Assembly (NCBI RefSeq): GCF_006345805.1
Contig: NC_043000.1
Location: 83,142,001-83,206,000 of the forward strand
DNA length: 64,000 nt
Reading direction: 5' to 3'
Origin: Octopus sinensis
Lineage: Eukaryota
Below are positions 13,301 to 27,708 of the stretch, piece by piece (the stretch's first letter is position 1; each line of letters opens with the position of its first letter). Made by a program: the position numbers and the translations under genes. The notes beneath the pieces are model-generated. The model was not told the origin of the DNA. It saw only the letters and a program-made list of their open reading frames with translations, and searched no databases.

Positions 13301-16300
13301 ACACTAGAACAAAGTATATTTTTAAAGAACAAAATGTTAAATTCTATATATGTTCTCAAATAAATCTACTTAAATTATATCAGAATATCTATTAAATAAA
13401 TGTGCTCATTTAGAAAGAAAAGCTTTTCATAATATTTTAAATTTATTTAAAGAAGACAGTCATTACTCCATGATTTCTTTCCTTGTGTTAAATTGGCGCA
13501 AACTTCTAAAAGTAAAGCCAGGCGAAGTGTAACTTCACTAAAAACTGTAAAATTATTGGAGGAGACATCACACCAACACATCACTGAGAAAATCACATCT
13601 AGAATAGGCAGCCACTGAAAAAAATATTAAAAACGTGTAAGTAACAGGTAATAAAATCATTGAAAATTAACAATGTTTGGAGAGTTGTTATATTGTACCT
13701 AGCATTGTTAGTGGTTGTTGGTTGTTGTTTTTTCTTTTACATAGTTCTAGGGAAAATTTCAATATATCTCCAATTACATAAATATAAAGGTACTCATGAA
13801 GTTGGTTTAATAGGTTTACCACAGGAACATCAAGATTATTAATGACAACAACAGCAACAATGGCAAGCAGAATTTTTTTTTACTTTACCCAAAGATGATC
13901 TCTACTTTCACCAACAGACCTGACCTCTCCCTGCCACTACTATTACTACTATGATTGCTGTTGTTGTCATCACTATTACTACTATATCTCAGTTGTTCTT
14001 CCTAATTTATTTCTCATCTTCAAGACTTCTTTCAAGAGGTGGAGTGGTAGGCACACAACACTGCCCATTTTAACACCACCATCTTACCCTTGAGTTAAGA
14101 CTTACACTCTCATCCTCTATGGTTGCCCAAACACCCTAACCAGTTCTTCTCAAATATCTGAGTTGGAGAGAATACCTTGGATAAGGTTTTCTTTCTTAGA
14201 TCCCACACATCACCTCTTCTCAACCCTTATCTATAACCTGTCTTTGCTGGCCAGGATACACTCGCAATTCAAATTTCTCTCCAAAAGGTAGTATCTGTAC
14301 ACATATAGACTCCACTCTCCTTGTCTTCCAACTCTCTTACTGGTATCTCAGCAATAACAACTTCCAGTTACTCTGGCGCAATGTCTCCCTCCTTTGTTCT
14401 CCAAAATACATCTGCTTCCTTTAATGTTCTCTGAACTCCTCAAACCACCAGCATCTCTTTGACAAAATCTCCTCCTGCATTGAGAACATCTATCTCACCT
14501 CTCCCTTCTCCAAGGTCATCATTCTCAGTGACCTCAATGCTCATAACCCCTCAAGGCTCTCACATTCATCCCATACTGATGCTACAGGTACAGAAGCTAA
14601 ATCCTTTGCTACTCTCAACATTTTACTCCAGTTTGTTTTATCTTCTACTCTCATTGCAAGCTAACACACAGACACCCCAAACACCTTTCTCTTCTTTACC
14701 ACAAAACCTAACCTCTACTAAACCAAAATTGTCTCTGTGCTTACTACATCACCCAATCACGGTCCTAACACAGTTGCTTAACACACCATCACACACATAT
14801 GATGGGTTTGTTTGAGTTTCCACCTATCAAATGCACTCAGCAGGGTTTGGTTGCACCAGGGTTATAGTAGAAAATACTTGCCCAAGGTGCTGTACAGTGG
14901 TATTGAACCAAAAACCACATAGTTTAGAAGTGGACTTCTTAACCACACAATCATATCTATTAAAATGTCTGATGTTCATTAAAATCCAGTCTTTTCTTTA
15001 GTAGAGTAATTCTTAGAAAACTATGATTCCTGCCATAAAGAATTACTAATAGAGTCACTAGTAACAAATCATGTAAACTAAAAGAGATTATAACAAGACA
15101 AACCTTTGCTATATTTTCGCTCTTTTGGAAATACTTTGAATTATTCTCAAATCCGATTTGGTGCCGATGTAGTACTACTTTGGTTTGGTTCCACAGATAA
15201 TAAACAACATCAAGAACTACAGTGAGGTCAACTTGTGCTGGCTGATAAAAATGAAAAAAAAAAAGTTTCAAAATAGAAACAACTTATAACACATTAAAAT
15301 GATTGATTATCAGATAATCTTTTGTCTTTAGTATAATACATCATATTGTGGTAAAAGCAAAAAAAAAAAAATGAAGAGTAATGGTGTTTATACATAGACT
15401 CTCCTTTCATAGACAACTGATGAGGGAGGTATAATTACTTGCTAAACAATCTGCCAGCCTGCACAGATGATTTGTTTATAGTGATCAAATGTTTGAGCTG
15501 TACGGTTAGTTCACTCTCTCCAATAAATCAACATTACCTGGGCAGGTGCATGATGTACCTCATGTCAATTGACAAAGCAATCACAAAGTTACATGAAATG
15601 AAGTGTTTTGCTCAAGAAAAAAATGGACTACCTAGTCTGGGAATCAAACCTACAATCTCACGATCATGAGTGCAACATTTTAACTACTAAGCCATGTGAT
15701 CTCACAATACACAATGATAATAATGTTACTTAATTCTATCAGACACTGACTATTTTAATGTTCATTATGATACTACCGAACATTTTGTCTTCCTGTAATC
15801 ATACACAGTCTTTGCACAAGCCCAATCTCTGACATGAAAGTGATTGTCTACAGTCTTTTCAGCCTCATCCATCTCATAATATTTTTCACCATAAGAAAAC
15901 TACTTGTCCTTCTGGAACAAAGGAAGATGACAGGATGATTTTCATGAGGGACTCGCTTGATAGTCAAATTTGTCCTATTCATAACAACAGCTGCAGAACA
16001 AAACTCCACAAACCAATGATGCTGACACAGAATGAGTGTCTACAAAACAATTTTGCTGCTCTATATGCATCATGGACAAACCCAGCTGATGGTATTTCCT
16101 GCTTTGTATAAGCTGGCAGAATCATTAGCACGTCTGACAAAATGCTTAGCAGTATTTCGTCTTCCGTTACGTTCTGAGTTCAAATTCCACCGAGGTTGAC
16201 TTTGCCTTTCATCCTTACAAGGTCGATAATTTAAGTACCAGTTACACACTGGGGTCAATATAATTGACTTAATCCATTTGTCTGTCCTTGTTTGTCCTCT

Positions 16301-19300
16301 CTGTGTTTAGCCCCTCGTGGGTAGTAAAGAAATAGGTATTTCCTGCTTTGTAGAAATTTTCTTGAGCCAGCAACACCCACTAGCAACACAGTTAAGTCGG
16401 AGATTCCTGTTAGTTATCCATAGTTCCTAGACTGGATGTTGTCCAGAACAGACCAGCCCATCGATTCTCAGAAACACCTAGAGCTTTCTTGAAAATGTTG
16501 TTGCTTTTCCCCAATACTAATACTTGATAGAATGCTGACTGCATTACCTGATTGGTATAGAGCTGTGAGTGCCCTAGAACATTCCAGATACCAGATGCCT
16601 GGTATTGGTCATTGCTTGACTTTGGACTGCAACTCTGTCAAGATGATGGGTGGTGCAAAGATGTGCCTGACAAAGCATGACCATGCCTGCGGACCATCTA
16701 GTAATCTCTGTAAATGTAACAGTCTCAGTGCATGTCTGCATCAGCCATGGCATCTCATCACAGAGGATGTTGAGAGCAAATGAATCATCTGATGAGTGAA
16801 ACACATCACTTCAACATGAAGCATAAGAGCAGATGTTCCAAGCTTGTCAGGCAAGAAGTAAATTAAGGCACAAAATGCAGATAATAATATATAATGGAGG
16901 AAGGGCAGCAAGCTGGCAGGATTGTTAACATGCTGGGCAAAATGCTTAGTGACATATTTTCCATCTTTACATTCTGAGGTGAAATGCTGCCAGGGTTGAC
17001 TTTGCCTATCAATAAAATAAGTACCAGTAGAGTACTGGGATCAATTACATCAACTTGCACCTCCCTGAAATTGCTGGTCTTGTACCAAAATTTGAAACCA
17101 ATATATAATGGAAGCAGCATAAACTTTCACCAAGTCTACCCATCTTTTCAAAGACAGCTTCTTTTCAACCCATTTTTAAATGAGATGGATCACCTTGCTT
17201 GTAACTCCATCCTTGTTCCTATCTACCTGAAGGTCTGAACTGAACCAGTCCCCAAGCAACTTATCAGAACCCTCTATCTAGAACTCAGTGATGCTGTCTG
17301 ATAGCCTAGATTTGTTTTTGCATGTACCAAGCTACAAACCCATTAACTTGTCTGGGTTATTTTTGCTCCTACCCAAGTCTCATATTCCTCTAGAATGGTG
17401 CCAACTACCTCAGTTTTCATGGTGGCAGACACTATTATGGTGACATTGTGACATTGTTGGCATACAGCCTTTTTTTATATCCCAGTTTGAATGGAAATCC
17501 CCATAACAATTCCAATTTCTGCAGTAGTGAATCAAGAATCAATACATAGAGAAGAGATTAGAGAGGACATCCTTGACAAATTGAGTGCATAATCAGAAAT
17601 GATTAAAAAAAGTGGCTTATTGCTCTGACCACTATACAAATTCCACTGTGCACTGAAGTGATCCAGCCTCTAAAGACAAAACCAAAACAGGTAACTTTGC
17701 GGATAGCCATTAGGTAATTATGATTGACTCTACTAGCCTTTCAGTTGATCTAAGTTGACGAGAGTTCCACCAAAAACAGGTTTACTACCTACTTTCTCTA
17801 GAATGTATCCTGAAGTGGAAGTTTTGGAGGAGAGATCTGGTTGCAAATGTGCATGTCTGTCTTCCCATCCACACTTTCAATGGCAAATGCCAACCTCTTT
17901 GCTAGCATCTTAGCCAAAAACCTTAAACTCTGCACTTACCAGAGTTATGGGCTGGAAATTATTAATTACACCCCTATTACATGCATTCTTCTTCAGCAGT
18001 ACCACCACTTTCAAACTTACAAAACTGAGAATTCTCCCATTCTGCCATCAGTTGCAGTAGATGTGTGTCAAGATGTCAATGAACAACTCTGACATGTATG
18101 TGTATAGCTTGTAGGCCAGGCCATCCAAACCAAGTGATTGCACCTCATGCAGATGTTTATCATATCCCAGCTTCTCACAGCACTCTGTATTTTCTGCCAT
18201 ATACCATGACAGGCTGCCAAGGTAGGTACTAAATCCACATCTGTCTACATTCCATTTCTTACCCCCAAACAGTTGAGCAAAGTGACACTAGAAAACTGTA
18301 CATTAGTCTGTCAAAAACTAAATTATGGCTTTCTTATCATGCTGCAACTCTACCACCTGGGCCCATCAAATGGCTTTTGTACTTTCATGACCTAAAGCAT
18401 GAACATTAATTCTCACAATGCAACTTTGTTTCACATTGAAACCATTATCACCATTTGAACATGAGTTGCAATGCCTTTTCTAATCACAAGTGCCAACTAA
18501 GCCTTCTGCTACCAACCACTAAAAACAGTTACATCCACTCAGCATGTTGATCAGGTCAGGAGGAACGTTATTAAGTGGTTCTTGGCACCACTAAGGTCAA
18601 ACATTTCATCTGAACTATGCCAAACCCTTTCCCATGAACAATGTAGGTTATGATGCCCCAGATTGGTTTCAGACAAGTTTCTACATAACTGTAGAATACT
18701 GCTCTTACAGGTCTCCTCCGGAATTTAATCTAATATTACTTAGCAACTTCTTTACATCATTCAGATATAATGGTAATAAAGTTATTAGGTGCTGTGTTTA
18801 AGAAATCATTAACAATTAGTTTACAAGTCATGGTGCTGGTGCTAATGATATTAGTATTGATGATGGTATTTTCTCAATGTTTGGTTCTCTACTTTGTTTG
18901 TTACAGTTGTTGCAGTTACTAATTACAACAGAGTTAGTCAAAGTAGTGGTAGTGAGATTGTGTTACTCCTATGACTGTTTTCTTATGCTTCTTGATTTTT
19001 CTCAAAGAAGAAGAAAGTATGAGAAATCCTGTCCATAGCTGCTATTCCAATAACCATCAACATCCTCCTTGTTGAACATCACATTTGTATGTTGTTTTTT
19101 TTTAAAAATATGTCAGTTTTAAAAAACAGCATCATACATCTGAAGGGCCAAAAATATCAGGTAACCAGCCACATCTCTAGAAAGTTGATTGGATTAACAA
19201 AATGTTGCAATAATATCAACAAAGTGTTTTCCTTAAATCTATAAACAAAAGAATGAAAAGACTTACATGCAGATTACAATAAGTCACTAGGACAATAACA

Positions 19301-22300
19301 ACAACAACAACTTACACAAAAATTGTTTGTTAAAAGAGACTTCAGAACTTGAGTCAAGGTGAGTAAGTCGTCAGCACCAAGTGCACTATATCCTGGAAAT
19401 ATACAATGATTATATGAACTTTTATAGCTTATCTATTTACATACATAAGTTTGTTAAAAGTTCTATGATAGTTTATGAATATTAAACTGAGTATCATATT
19501 AAATTCTGAAATATCCAAATTTGGGATCAAGTCCAGTTAATGAATTTAGAAGTTACAAATTAAAATATAAAGATATGCTATTACAAATCATATTTACAGA
19601 AGAAATTTTAATTATTAATGTATTTGTTTCATATTTTTAACAACATAGAACTCAAAAAACAATAACTCAGATTAGGAAGCTTAAAGAAACTAAATTTTCA
19701 TTAACACAATTGCTATAATTGCTATATTCTTAGGCAGACAAAAAAAAACATCCATAAAATGGTTGTTTTTTGTTTAAATCCTTGTTTTATCTTTTTACTT
19801 TTACTTGTTTCAGTCATTAGATTGTGACTATGCAGGGGCATAAGAAGAATTTTTTAGTCAAATGAATCGACCCCAGTACTTATTTTTTTTAAAGCCAAGT
19901 ACTTATTCTATTGGTCTCTTTTTGCTGAACTGCTCAATCACAGAGATGTAAAGACATCAATACTGGTTGTCAGGAGGTAGTGGGGGACAAACACACACAC
20001 ATATATGATGGGCTTGTTTCAGTTTCCATCTACCAAATCCACTCACAGGGCTTTGATTGGCCTGAGATAATAGTAGAGGACACTTGCCCAAGGTATCATG
20101 CAGTGGAACTGAACCTGGAATCATGTGTTTGGGAAGCAATCTTCTTACTACACAGCCACACCTAAATACTAAATGATCATACATTCTTATTATTAAGCAC
20201 ATTTTGAAATTTCAAAATTTAATATCAACTTTCCCCATCTTAATAAACCGTACCATCTTTTACTTCCCGATGAGAATGAACAGCTTAAGGTTACCTCATT
20301 TCCTTTTCTAAAAAGATAAATAAGAACAAAATATATTGGCTGTATTTTAGATTGAATAACACTGTATAACACGATCTTTGTCCTAGGGTAACAACTGTTA
20401 TTTCCTATTTGTTTACCCCTAAATAGTGCAAAATGGCTAATATTTTTTTCAAACTTTTGTTACATTTATTCATTTTCCAAAGAATCCCTCTCAACACATG
20501 GCTGTGATGCTCTCCCACTACTCCTGTTCATCATCAGAGATGCACATATTGTGAACCTCTAAGGGACATGCTCAAGTGGTTAAGGTCAAGCAACTGACAA
20601 GCAAATGTTTGGTACTGAGCAGAATATTTGCAATAACAATATTTCTGCTTCAGTAACTCAGCACTGAATCTCTCTGAAGTGGAATGGAAAATAGATCAGT
20701 TTCAAAATATTGATGTCCAGGTCACAAAAGCAAAATTTTCTTTGATATCTAGACGAAGAAAATTTTAATTTTGTTATGCAGTGTAATCAAAAACAAATTG
20801 AAACATTGGTTTTTAATAAATTGATTATAAAGTTAGGTTCTCAAACTGGTAAATACTAATTTCCCACCACAAAAAAATATGAATAGGAATGGCTGTGTGG
20901 TTGAGAAGCTTGTTTCTCAACCATGTGGTCCTGAGTTCAGTCCCACTGTGTGGCACCTTGGGCAAGTGTCTTTTATTGTAGCCCTGGACTGACCAAAGCC
21001 TTGTGGGTGGACTTGGTAGGCAGAAATTAACAAATTAGTTTTCTATTTACAATGAAAAAGTTGAATAAAAAAAAATAGATGCAGATAGTGTATTTAGTTG
21101 TCTTAAGATAGATAAAATTTTAAATAACCTGACGGTGTGGGCTGAAGAGGGTCAGAGATATCAGCCTCATAATCATCCTCATTATCAGCCTCAGGAGACG
21201 AAGCAGATGCTTGTGCTTTTCGAACTTTTCGCCCATGTACCAATTTCTCCATTACAATAAGAAGCTGTATGATTTTAACATCCCAAGCATATCTTTCATC
21301 TTTAATTTTCTGTAGAGAAAAAGAAATTTTTACACACACAAAAAATTATAAAATATACCTAGCACAACAATGGTTTTACAAGAAAGAATGAATGTAAACA
21401 AAATAAATAGAAGCAGAAATTACAGCAAATTTGCTAAAAAATTTAATTGAAAATATTTCTATAAAACTTGAAAAAAATTATCAACATTAACAAGTTAAAT
21501 CTAAAATGAGATGTATTGTTTTTGCAAATGAGTCAACTGCTTATGTATACTGCTTAAATAATAGCATCATTTTAAATAGTAGGATTTTCTCAGCAACATA
21601 TCTTGACTAGTATGGAGTTCCCATAAGCCTTTCAACTTATCCTGGTCAAGGCATGTTCCTATTGTCACTTCATATTCTTTCAGTAGAGTGCAAACTATCT
21701 CAGATTCCATGATGTCCAACATCATAATGATGATACCCACAAATGCCAACACATCTCTCCCACATCCCAACTTGAGTGGAAGCCCTTCAACATTTCCATT
21801 TTCTGCAGTAGTAGCATGAGTCAAAATGTCCAGAAGTGAAGAGAGAAGAGCCTATGTGGTCATTTATTCTAACCATCAAGTAGATATTGCTGTACATGAC
21901 AATAATCCAGACTCTGAAACTTAGACTGAAACTGTCTGTATTAAAGAGAGCCATTAGCTAGTGAGGTTGACTTGTGCATTTTTCATTGATATAAACTGAT
22001 CAGACCTGCCCAAAACCAGATTTGTTACTTACCCTGTGATGTATTGCATGAGGTAATGATTATTAAAGATAGATCTACTGGGAACTACACAGATCTTTGC
22101 ATGTCTAATGACACTTCGTATTTTCAAAGGACTTAGCCAAAATTTTAAACTTTGCATTCAGCAAAACTGATGGACTGAAATTATTGATGTCATACCCCTT
22201 GTTCTAACAATAATAATTTTTTTATGCAGGCTCAAAGTCACATATTTTGAAAGAAAGGACTCAGTTAATTTAAATTATACTTGAATGGTACTTATTGTAT

Positions 22301-25300
22301 GAATCTCAAAGGCAAAAAAGTAATGTTGATATTTATTGAATTTGAACTCAGAAAGTAGGGAGATGTAACCAAATACTACAAGGGCAGAGATAACTTAGGT
22401 TTAATTAATCAGATGTTGACATTCAGTTTGAAGTTATTCTAAGTTAATAGCTAAAAGAAAAAATAATAGGTGGGAAATGAAATTTCAGACTGATGCAGTT
22501 CTAAGGGAGAATAATGAAACTAAATGCTTAGTAAATGCAGTGTCACATAATACAGGGAACCACTGGAACAAGCTTAGCTGTATAACAAATGTTGATTTAA
22601 CAAGAGATTATAGACCGAAAGAGTAAAATATTATTTCATGACAAGCTGTTATTTGAAAAGAATAGACTGGTTTATCATGTTGAATACTTTGGGGATCTAA
22701 ATGGAATTTGTGAGGAGCATGGATGGTGTGTAGCAGATCTGTTTTAAATGTGTAAACACTATTCATGTCTAGATCATGTTTGTGTTTTGTCAATAATGTT
22801 AGATTTTTTCTATTTTGAAACATATGCTAAAAACTAAAGAATAAAAGAAATACTTTATCATTTAACAAGCTGCTTATTAAGTGAAATTATAACAAAATGT
22901 AAGAATAAATTTTTTTTTCTGTAAAGAACTGACATTAGAATTATATTGAATATACTTTTTCTTTTAAGAAGCTAAAACTGATATGTAAAGTCATGCCTAA
23001 CATTTTCCAAGATTTTGGAGTTTAAAATAATAATCAATATATTTAAATAATTAATGATATTTTTTCAAACTGAACTCTACTTCAGAATAAATTTATTTCA
23101 ACATCAAACAATTTATTTATAAGTTTCATCAAAAATTAACACTAAAACAATGAACAGATAATACCTGCAAAAATTCTGCGAAGTTAATAAAAAATTCCCA
23201 TTGCTCATAACAGAATGCCAGGACAGTAAGATGAAATACTGCTTTCATAGGTATTTTGTTTTCTCCTACAAAGAACATAAAACAAAAAACTAAAATGAAC
23301 ATAAATATAAATAAATTTAACAATTATAACATAGGAAAAGGATGGTAGAAATATAGAGTAAAAACCAGCACTGAACATGATAGAATTATCCTTATGTGAG
23401 ATTCTTGGTTATTGTTGATGTGAATAGGTCAGTTAACAAATGTAGAGTTCAATACAAAAAAATAAAATGATGATAATAATTGTGTATTTGAGTACACATA
23501 TTGGTTTTTGGGCCTTGTGCCATTAGTAAAAAGGATTATTCATTCATTGAATAAATAATTTTGGACAAAAACAGAAGCAATCAAAATGAATTACATGAGA
23601 GTGAGATATATTTATAGGATATTAAAGTAACATTTTGGAGAAATTAAATAAAAAGACATATGAATACCAAGTATTGCTAATTCTAAAAGCGAATTATCTT
23701 CAAGGTGGACAACGTTAGTGAAAATATTGGTATAAGAATCTTTTCTTGAGCGGTTAGCTGTTATATTTCCTAAAAAGGCAAAAGAATATCAATTAGAAAT
23801 AAGCATACTGCACCATTAATTTTAATTGATTACTTAAAAGAGAATGCTTTCTTTGTCGTTAGAGATATTTACATTATTCTTTCAAGACGGAGAGGACATG
23901 TCTCTACACCAAGTCTTATCCTTACTTGGCATATTTTCTTTTATTTAACCCAGTTTTAATATTATTCATTCATAGCATATGTCAATCCAAAACAAATATG
24001 TTTCCTTGAGAGGAATGGGGTAACAAAAATTGTAAATATACAGGACTAAATATCTTGCAGTATTAAATCATGTTTCTGAGTTCCAATACCATGAAAGAAG
24101 AAAGACCAGCAAAGTAAAAGTACACAACTGAACACTGCAAAGCATTTTGCCTGACGCCATACCAATTTATTAATCCACTGACCTCAAGACCTTAATAATA
24201 ATATTTCTTTCTTTCTTTTTTTTTGATGCTATATATTAATTTCATTTGATGAAACTTCCTTTCAAATCAGTTTTGTCTCAGCTTTCCCAACAACCTTCTA
24301 CTTATTCGACACTATAACATATGATTTGAATATGACTTAAAAACAGGATTTTAGCCACTAAAACATCTGGATAAAAACAATCTGTTTATACTCAAACTTT
24401 ATTACTTCTTTGTCATAACACCAACAAAAATCTTCAAGCTACAACTGGGCTGAATGTAGATATTGTAAGTAAATCACATATTTGCATAGAATTAACTTGG
24501 TATCACGAGTATGCTGGTATCTTGAAAATACCTCACAGAGTGATGACTGCTCTGCATAGTTATGGGCTGCCCTTTAACAAGGCAGAGTACCCGCTCAGCC
24601 ATCCTGCCAGGGATACTGCAAAGTCATGAGGCTAAAGGATGGCAGATTGTGAAGAGCTCAACTGAGCTAACAGTGCTTCTTGCATTGATGTTGAGTGGAG
24701 GAATCCTAGAAGATCAACAGTCCAGATCCCCAAGTTCTATCAAGAGAGTAACTGCAACACATCCATAGGGGTGTATCCATGGTTGTGTAATCAGTTAATG
24801 AAAGATTCACTATGATTCAGGCTCCCAATTCAAATTCATAATAATGGAATTGGATGGTGACAGAGTCATAAGAATCTGTGAAAGCAGTGAAAGAAAAAAA
24901 AAACTAGGTAACAAACTATTTTGTATTTTTTTCTTTAATCATTTTATTTAGGAAAGAGTGACTCAAGTGCTATACTCTCATACATTACACTCATACATTA
25001 AAACCAAAGAATTACAAAACTTGGATTTCACTAACCTGAGACTATTTCTTTGGCAGCAGCAAACAGTTCTAAACTTACATCGTTTAACTCCATCTCTCCT
25101 TGGAAAACACCACCTGGTGTTATGAGACGTATGTGACTGTCACTCAGACTTTCCACGATAGCTAAGAATTGTGCTGATTCACTATCAAACATCTCAACTA
25201 ATAACTTTTCTGTATTAGTTCTTGGCCAAGACAACTGAAAAAAAATTCTTAGATGTGAGTTGTTTTTTTTTTTTTTTGTTTTTTTTTCATAATGGAAATA

Positions 25301-26947
25301 TATCCGGGGTTTGTTTTAAGCCAATTGGACAGATTTGTTCAAATTGGGCCCCGCACCAAGAGAGGACCCTGTACACATGCTCAAGCAGAGGATACTATGA
25401 TGATTTTTTAGTGAATTATTGTGGCTAATGGTGGAGCCTCAAGCTCTTAACACTTTTTGGCTGGGACTGGCAAACTACATGAAGCATAAAACATCAATCT
25501 TCAGCTTTTGTAGAGGAGATGGCCCCACTGATAATTTTCTAATTGAGCCAAGCACCACCTAGTGCCAGTCCTGAATATAGTACATAATGGATTGATAGTA
25601 TATGTGTGCAAAATTACATTTTAAGATTCTACTTTTTCAATCCATCTGAGTAACAGGTAAAATACAAATAAACACATTTACCTATTCATATTTAAATCAA
25701 AATATCTATATATTTTTAATTACATAGGTGTGGTTGAGTGTTTAAGAGGCTTGCTTTCCAACAACATAGTCTAGGGTTCAGTCCCACTGCATGATACCTT
25801 GAGCAAATATCTTCTATTGTAGGCTATGACCAATCAAAGCCTTCTGAACTGATTTGGCACACGAAAACTGATAGAAGTCCATGGTGTATGAGTGTGCACA
25901 TGTGTGTGTATGCAGGTGTATATTTGTGTGTGTGTGCGTGTGCATGCATACGTGTGTGTGCATGCGTACGTGCATGTGTACATATGCAGAAGGGAAAAAA
26001 GAGAGAAAATAGAAGGCTTCTGACAATGTAGAAAGTTTATATACATCCATATATATACATGTATATATATATATATATAATAGAAATATTAAAATTACTA
26101 AGTCTCTCTAAAGGAGATTACAGCAGCGTTACTGGATATTAATAGTTATCGCCATACTAATATGGCAGTCTATAAATATAAGACTAAAGCTGTCGCTGAT
26201 TAGCTCCAAGAGGCCATTGCCTCTAGCTAGCTATATGACGCATGAACCTGCGTCCATTACAACCTTCGAACAGGGGAGGTCAGCCGCTTCACCTTGCTAG
26301 TCAGACATCTGCAGACATGTTTCAGGGTTGTTGCCCTTTATCAATAAACGAACACCAGCTGTGAAGCAGTGGTGAGGGAGAAACACTGAAACATGTCTGC
26401 AGATGTCTGACTAGCAAGGTGAAGCAGCTGACCTCCCCTGTTCGAAGGTTGTAATGGACGCAGGCTCATGTGTCATATAGCTAGCTAGAGGCGATGGCCT
26501 CTTGGAGCTAATCAGCGACAGCTTTAGTCTTATATTTATAGACTGCCATATTAGTATGGCGATAACTATTAATATCCAGTAACGCTGCCGTAATCTCCTT
26601 TAGAGAGACTTGGTAATTTTAATATTTCTATTATTGAAAACAAGTGGATGTATTCCACTGTAACTAGGTAAATGAAATCTTCAAACAGACGGTCAGTAGC
26701 AACACCTGCGGGTCTGACTACGCTGCATTGATAAAGGGCAACAACCCTGAAACATGTCTGCAGATGTCTGACTAGCAAGGTGAAGCGGCTGACCTCCCCT
26801 GTTCGAAGGTTGTAATGGATGCAGGTTCATGTGTCATATAGCTAGCTAGAGGCGATGGCCTCTTGGAGCTAATCAGCGACAGCTTTAGTCTTATATTTGT
26901 AGACTGCCATATTAGTATGGCGATAACTATTAATTTATATATATATA

Positions 26948-27014
<67 letters not shown>

Positions 27015-27639
27015 ATATATAGATGTATATGTATACATGTATATGTATAACTGTATATGCATACATGTATATGTATACATGTGTATGTATAGATGTATTT
27101 CTATAGATATAGATGTATATGTATACATGTATGTGTAGATGTATATATATAGATGTACATGTAATGTGTACATTTATATATACACATATATACATGCATA
27201 CATATATACATGCATACACAGCCAGCCCCCACACACACATACATAGGTGCAGGTGTGGCTGTGTGGTAACAAACTTGGTTCCAAAACGCATGGTCCTCAG
27301 TTCAGTCCCACTGTGTGGTAAATTGGCATGAGTCTTCTGCTATAGCCTTAAACCAACCAAAGCCTTGCCAGTGGATTTTGTAGACAGAAACTGAAAGAAA
27401 TCAAATGTATGTATATGTATCTATATATGTAAGTCTATGTGTGTGTCTTTGTGTTTCTCCCTCACCACTGCTTCACAACTGGTGTTTGTTTATTTACATC
27501 CCCATAACTTACAGGTTTCACAAGAAGAAACTGATAGAATAAGTACCAGGCTTATCAAAATAAAAAAAACACTTGGCAGTGTCTCATATTTTTGTTTGCT
27601 CACTCAGTTGTATCTATCAATTTATCTTTGTGTGTGTGT

Positions 27640-27708
<69 letters not shown>

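Noticed and set aside
16109-16200. tRNA gene
   Set aside because: The A/B-box-like head belongs to a multi-copy SINE with a TSD; no complete cloverleaf seen.
19126-19238. Exon-like segment with an acceptor at 19239
   Set aside because: Stops in all three frames; the expected peptide is supplied by the exon at 15104-15241.
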